Shown piece after piece: positions 59,472-64,000 of a DNA stretch of 64,000 nucleotides (positions are counted from its first letter, which is position 1; each line of letters opens with the position of its first letter). Below the pieces are notes generated by a model that ran no database searches, had not been told where the DNA came from, and saw nothing but the letters and a program-made list of their open reading frames with translations. Source of the stretch: a virus. Where the stretch lies: IMG/VR virus record IMGVR_UViG_3300025133_000052, positions 1 through 64,000 of that record. One strand, 5' to 3'. The translations under genes were made by a program, and so were the position numbers.

Positions 59472-61345
59472 AAGCTTACTGTTCTACCTTTAATGTTAGA
59501 ATCTAAATATTTTATTTCAAATATTGACGGATCCAGTGACGGGTAAATAATACCATTTTTAGTAGCAGTTTCAATATTATAAATATTACCACTGTACCCC
59601 TGTGTTGAATCCCATAAATTAATTATTTCACAATTAGTAACTGTTTGTACTCCATCAACCTTATCTAATTCAGTATAAATATCTGCCTTTATTATTGGTT
59701 GGTTAATTTGCCATTTCTTAACTGCGAACATATCCCTCAATGTTGCAATACATCTTAATATAACTTCATTATCGTTATAGTTAGGCCTTGAAATAATTTC
59801 AAAATTGATACCTATATTAATTATAAATGCATCCTTAATATTAACAGCATCGGTTAGCATTCTAAATTGATCTAAATATGTTTTTAAATTCTCCTTAACA
59901 GCTAAATTAAGTCTGGTTAAATTTGTGTTACTATCGTATCCTAATGTGTACAGATTTAGAGCTAAAGGATTTGGTATTCTAGTACCTGCAGGAGTGGAGC
60001 TGTCTAATTGATCGTCAGGTACAATATACGCTTTAGCGATTGCTCCAAACTTTGAAGGCATTGAATACGCCCTGACAATATAATCCTCTCTTGTAATAAT
60101 CCTATTCTGCGCAGCAAAATGAGCCAATGCATTGTTTCTTACCTCGTCAATATCCTGTGATGTTCTACCACCGCTAGCAGCAACTGGATTTGTACACGCG
60201 ACAGATCCCTTTACTTGATTGAGTAAACTATTATTTAATCCTGTACTATTTGTTGTGTACGTTACTGAAGTAATATCCGTTAATGTATTTGATGCAACAT
60301 TGTCAGTAACACCATTACCCACGGTATATCTAACTGTTAATGTAGTGTCGGATGGTGCTAGACCATATGCTCGAGTAAATGTAAAGTTAGATGGATCGAT
60401 TGATGTCTCACCATTCACACCGTACGGTAAAGCTAAACCTACATTATCAGGGTTCGGTATAATTGTTTCGTCGTCCCCAGCACTAATACCTGCACCAAAC
60501 TGAATCATCATTTTATCGTCCTTATCGAAACGAGATATAAATCTTCTTGGTGTTTTTTTAATTTTTAATAAATAAGGAGCAGTGTCATTATATTGATTTA
60601 GATCTGGATCATTAGCAGCTATATTTCTTAAGCTATCAAATACACCCTCTTGCGCTAGATACTGTACCTCTGTCCATCTATTATCGTCACTGTCGTATAT
60701 ATCAACAACCTCAATAACTTGATCGTCAGATAGATTAATTTTATCGTATTGCTTTGGACTTCCGAATGTATATGTAGATGTTTTAACTGTACCAGAAACA
60801 ACCTTAGTCGATTTCTTCAGTAAATAAAATGTAGGTTCACTGGTATTGGAATCGACCTGATATACTGTAACCTCGGTAGGATCGAGGGAGGATGAATATT
60901 GAAAATCAATATCATGTATTGTCCTAAAACTTACAGTCGTGTTCTCAGTTGATGAGACCTGCATCCCAGCTGGGATAGTAAGCGCGTAATTATAGTCAGG
61001 TGATGTACTCCCACCACTTCCGACTGAAGGTACTATTTGAAATATATCTAAGCTAGTAGCTGCAGCGACATAATTTTTTGGTTTATACCCTAACCCGTAT
61101 GCTATGGAATATACATTAGCTTTTTCTTCTGCAAATTCAGTTAACGTTTCCTTTAACTGTGAGTCCATATAAAAGGATAGCACATCTCCAACGTACGCCG
61201 CCATTTCAATAAACATCATTCCTGGTGATGATTCATTAAAATCATTATATGTATCCGGAAAATACGTTTTAGCGAAATCAATTAGATTAGATCTAAATTG
61301 ACTAAAATCCTTTTCTAAATATTTTATGTTTTTCTTTTCTGCCAT
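59468..61345 (-). CDS. Baseplate wedge protein (T4 gp6/baseplate J-like)
   Basis: DF...R.NL...AKTYFP....DFNESSPG...IE.AAYVGDVLSFY.D; QNR.IT.EDY. Confidence 0.88.
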   Translation of the reverse strand: MAEKKNIKYLEKDFSQFRSNLIDFAKTYFPDTYNDFNESSPGMMFIEMAAYVGDVLSFYMDSQLKETLTEFAEEKANVYSIAYGLGYKPKNYVAAATSLDIFQIVPSVGSGGSTSPDYNYALTIPAGMQVSSTENTTVSFRTIHDIDFQYSSSLDPTEVTVYQVDSNTSEPTFYLLKKSTKVVSGTVKTSTYTFGSPKQYDKINLSDDQVIEVVDIYDSDDNRWTEVQYLAQEGVFDSLRNIAANDPDLNQYNDTAPYLLKIKKTPRRFISRFDKDDKMMIQFGAGISAGDDETIIPNPDNVGLALPYGVNGETSIDPSNFTFTRAYGLAPSDTTLTVRYTVGNGVTDNVASNTLTDITSVTYTTNSTGLNNSLLNQVKGSVACTNPVAASGGRTSQDIDEVRNNALAHFAAQNRIITREDYIVRAYSMPSKFGAIAKAYIVPDDQLDSSTPAGTRIPNPLALNLYTLGYDSNTNLTRLNLAVKENLKTYLDQFRMLTDAVNIKDAFIINIGINFEIISRPNYNDNEVILRCIATLRDMFAVKKWQINQPIIKADIYTELDKVDGVQTVTNCEIINLWDSTQGYSGNIYNIETATKNGIIYPSLDPSIFEIKYLDSNIKGRTVSL

Positions 61346-61353
61346 ATCTTACT

Positions 61354-61815
61354 CTATAATATTGCTGCTTTACCTGACTCTAGCACTATAAATGTAATAG
61401 ATTGATTAGCACCTTGCTCTGTTACTTTAAATTTAATATCGATCTGGATACCATGTCCAAATTGTCCCAATTCTCCTTCAAGCTTAGGAACGACGTTGAT
61501 ATTATCTATTATAATATACGGTAACCAGTACTTTATATCATATGCTAGTCCATCAGATATCCTACCGGTTATATCTTCAGTATTTTGTTCAAATAATACA
61601 TCGTATATAGATGATCCAAAATTAGGCTGCATCACCCTTTCTCCTTTCCTAGTAAGTAATAGATTCTTTAAATTAGATATAGCTTGTTCTTCAGTAGTGT
61701 ACGATAGTGTAAAAACACCACCGCTGTTATTATTTAAAGGTAGTTTAATTCCTATAGCCTTATTAGGCCTTAAATCTAATACGTTATAAAATTTTTCCTC
61801 CCTAGATCGAGCCAT
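61354..61815 (-). CDS. Baseplate wedge/sheath initiator (T4 gp25-like)
   Basis: NLKNLLLTRKGERVMQPNFGS...LFE...WLPY. Confidence 0.9.
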   Translation of the reverse strand: MARSREEKFYNVLDLRPNKAIGIKLPLNNNSGGVFTLSYTTEEQAISNLKNLLLTRKGERVMQPNFGSSIYDVLFEQNTEDITGRISDGLAYDIKYWLPYIIIDNINVVPKLEGELGQFGHGIQIDIKFKVTEQGANQSITFIVLESGKAAIL

Positions 61816-61817
61816 TA

Positions 61818-62336
61818 CTATTTAATACCTTTTTTCTTATCTATAGCCTTCATTAATTGAGAATAATCTCTTGTTAAGGCATTCGCAACATCATCAGTTA
61901 CCCCTGCAGGATTCATTCCCTTAGGTACCATATCCTGTACTGTCGGTTGAGGTGGTTGCATATCACCGTATCCTAACATACTAGCTAAATCCCCAGTATT
62001 AAGCGCGCTACCACCCATCGTTGGATACTCTTCCTGTTGAGCTGGCTTTGGTTGACTATACTCCCTTGCAGTTTCATTCAATATTCCGTTAATCATAGGA
62101 TTAGATGAATATTCAACTTCAGGTTCACTGGCTTGTACTACACTAGAACCATTTCCTAGCGATGCACGTACCTCTTCAGTTAAACTCAATTCCCTGGTTT
62201 TAGGTCGTTTTTTAGGTAGCTTATTCACAGGCTTAACATTACCGTTAATCACATTTTGAATTTCAATCCTTACTGCTCGCTGGACCTCTTCTCTAATAAC
62301 TTTTCTTAATGAAGTAAAAAAACTTTTCGCTTTCAT
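61818..62336 (-). CDS. Hypothetical protein
   Basis: LRKVIREEV N-terminus and ALTRDYSQLMKA C-terminus; motif at 62363-62370. Confidence 0.7.
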   Translation of the reverse strand: MKAKSFFTSLRKVIREEVQRAVRIEIQNVINGNVKPVNKLPKKRPKTRELSLTEEVRASLGNGSSVVQASEPEVEYSSNPMINGILNETAREYSQPKPAQQEEYPTMGGSALNTGDLASMLGYGDMQPPQPTVQDMVPKGMNPAGVTDDVANALTRDYSQLMKAIDKKKGIK

Positions 62337-62397
62337 AATACCCTTGTTTACTTTGTTTATAAATAAATATTTGCTTATTGATTTTTATGGTATATTA

Positions 62398-63576
62398 TTA
62401 TCTTACGCTAACGATACCAGACAGTGCGTTAGCTATTTTTCGTTTAACACTAATAATAGCTCCTGAATTAACAGGTGGACCTGATGGACCAGTACCTGTT
62501 GGTACTGATATCTTAACTATTTCATCAATTAATGTATTTAATGCATCCTGTAGCTTATTACCTAGTACAGCTGGTTCCTCTGCATCTAACCCTATTATAA
62601 TTTTAGGAGAATTTATATGTACATTAGATTTAGTATCCATGGTGATAGATTTATTGGCTGTTAATCCAATACCTCCTTCTCCAAATATAATTGTTTCGTT
62701 ATCGGATGAAAATACCACTCTACCTGATTTTATTATTATTTGGTTTCCGTTAAATCCATCCTTGTATGTATCTATCTCTTCAGCTGTCTGAGCTTTATTA
62801 AATTTAGCTGCAACAAGTTTAGGACTGAAAGTTGTTAGTTTTTGATTTTTAGTCAACCAAATAGATGATGCATCATTATTTTGATTTTCAACCTCATACT
62901 TATTAAATGTTTTCTCAAAACCCGTAGTACCATGTCCATTAGAAATTATCAAGATAGGATCACCATCTTCACTTGAACTGTTATCATCATCTTTCAACCA
63001 ATTTGGATTCCTACTAAATAAATTAAAATTCTTACTCAACGTACTACCGAACCTAATTGAGCTACCAAATCTACTCTCTATTAACATATCACCTTCAAAC
63101 GGCTGCATAGGCTTTATATTAGTCTTTTCTACGAAATTAATCCCGAGTTTAGCCTGTTGCTCACTATCCATAGTAGCAGTTTCACTCTCACCAGTACGCA
63201 CGTTACCAGCCGATACTTGATTATAGTTACCTGCGCTAGCTTCTTTATTAGTAACAGGCTTGGTTAGCGATAGGTTAGGAGCTGCATTTTGATGTACAGA
63301 GTTTTGTACATTCAGGGATGCTGGTAGGTAATACCAGGAGCCTTTTGGATTAAATGCCATTGAATCTTGATCAGCTGCTTTAAATACTAGAATAGTTTCA
63401 CCCAGCAGTGGTACTCTCTTAATATTAAGGTCAGCCGGTCTTGCTACTAGTGAATCGGTGTAACTACTGTCCTTGTGTTTAACTAATTTAAATCTAACTG
63501 AATAAAGGTTTAAGGGATTCTTATCCGTAAGATTAACACCTACTACTTCAGCTTGTTCGTAATTAATACTACTCAT
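62398..63576 (-). CDS. Baseplate central spike (gp5/gpV-like)
   Basis: OB-like N-terminus (PLLGE), EGD..IESRFGSSIRFGS, beta-helix repeats and a C-terminal PTGTGPSGPPVN. Confidence 0.7.
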   Translation of the reverse strand: MSSINYEQAEVVGVNLTDKNPLNLYSVRFKLVKHKDSSYTDSLVARPADLNIKRVPLLGETILVFKAADQDSMAFNPKGSWYYLPASLNVQNSVHQNAAPNLSLTKPVTNKEASAGNYNQVSAGNVRTGESETATMDSEQQAKLGINFVEKTNIKPMQPFEGDMLIESRFGSSIRFGSTLSKNFNLFSRNPNWLKDDDNSSSEDGDPILIISNGHGTTGFEKTFNKYEVENQNNDASSIWLTKNQKLTTFSPKLVAAKFNKAQTAEEIDTYKDGFNGNQIIIKSGRVVFSSDNETIIFGEGGIGLTANKSITMDTKSNVHINSPKIIIGLDAEEPAVLGNKLQDALNTLIDEIVKISVPTGTGPSGPPVNSGAIISVKRKIANALSGIVSVR

Positions 63577-63991
63577 TATCTAGCTCCTTTAATCTCACTC
63601 TTGCGTCCTCTACATCCCTATTAACATCGATATCATTATTAACATCTATATCATCCTGTATATTTTCCAGTTCCCGGAGCAATTGTTCTTTTTCTTCATC
63701 AGTGATTAAAGTATTCTCACCACCCGCAATCGCTGCCTTGGTGTTAGTGGACATCCATCTTTGAGTAACAGCCAGTAACTTGACTAAGTGATCGTCATTC
63801 TTTACACTTACCTCTAGATATTCTTTTATTAGCGGTACTATAATCGTAGCGTCACTTATAGATTGAATAAGTGGTTTTAATTCAGCTATAAGTAAATTAA
63901 TTTGCCTATCCTTCTTACGTTGATTGGAATGTATCTCTTGCATAAGATCCGCAAAAGATGTTTTTTTAAATAACGGTGAGTCCTTGTCCAT
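63569..63991 (-). CDS. Hypothetical helical protein
   Basis: Clean ATG ORF overlapping the spike gene. Confidence 0.65.
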   Translation of the reverse strand: MDKDSPLFKKTSFADLMQEIHSNQRKKDRQINLLIAELKPLIQSISDATIIVPLIKEYLEVSVKNDDHLVKLLAVTQRWMSTNTKAAIAGGENTLITDEEKEQLLRELENIQDDIDVNNDIDVNRDVEDARVRLKELDNE

Positions 63992-64000
63992 AACATTCTT

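Larger units (their letters stand above)
7933..62370 (-). promoter_or_regulatory. Recurrent late-promoter-like motif ATATTTAT (sense strand) in intergenic gaps
   Basis: + strand ATAAATAT at 7933, 9026, 12128, 12505, 12516, 15082, 15781, 18629, 22026, 23954, 27480, 29499, 32326, 32850, 35874, 40391, 50079, 52114 and 62363; variant ATAATTAT at 9641 and 43528. Confidence 0.8.

Noticed and set aside
1361-62791. All plus-strand ORFs in the track (e.g. 1361-1768, 5122-5658, 18160-18381, 62378-62791)
   Set aside because: They are antisense shadows of long minus-strand genes, with Ser/Leu/Phe-rich mirror composition and no recognisable motifs.
63569-63991. Terminase small subunit call for the 140-aa helical protein
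   Set aside because: Size and helicity fit, but there is no diagnostic motif and it is far from terL.
1-64000. Stop-codon reassignment, as seen in some Bacteroidetes phages
   Set aside because: Genes are intact and tightly packed under the standard code; TAA, TAG and TGA all end genes at sensible positions.
1-64000. CRISPR array, tRNA genes, diversity-generating retroelement
   Set aside because: I saw no regularly spaced repeats, cloverleaf, reverse transcriptase or TR/VR pair by eye; a tRNAscan/Infernal run would be needed to exclude small RNAs fully.

Overview
This window is a 64-kb, AT-rich segment of a large T4-related myovirus (contractile tail). Essentially every real gene is on the minus strand. 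Read in transcription order (right to left), it encodes: baseplate genes; a small DNA-processing island (T7 endonuclease I-like resolvase, an AT-rich gap, DnaG-type primase, a single-chain Mre11-Rad50 fusion); tail fibres; an unexplained cassette of paralogous Ala-rich coiled-coil genes; a 925-aa double nucleotidyltransferase; candidate lysis membrane proteins; a terminase fractured by an atypical split intein around a free-standing homing endonuclease; portal, prohead protease, ribosomal protein bS21, scaffold, major capsid, PhoH, neck, sheath, tube, tail chaperone, tape measure and hub genes. A bS21 gene inside the head module and a Bacteroidetes-type promoter before the primase point to a Bacteroidetes host (inference). 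The most notable observations are: (1) a five-gene cassette (32.4-36.8 kb) that may build a heterotrimeric, head-to-tail fibre; (2) a +1/-2 programmed frameshift with a stimulatory hairpin in the tail chaperone; (3) the split-intein TerL; (4) a bS21 that appears to lack the anti-SD-binding Tyr, alongside SD-bearing late genes; (5) a repeated late-promoter-like motif ATATTTAT, inverted relative to the T4 motif; and (6) a virion-wide [ST]-[GAS]-S motif. All calls come from reading motifs by eye; no database searches were run.
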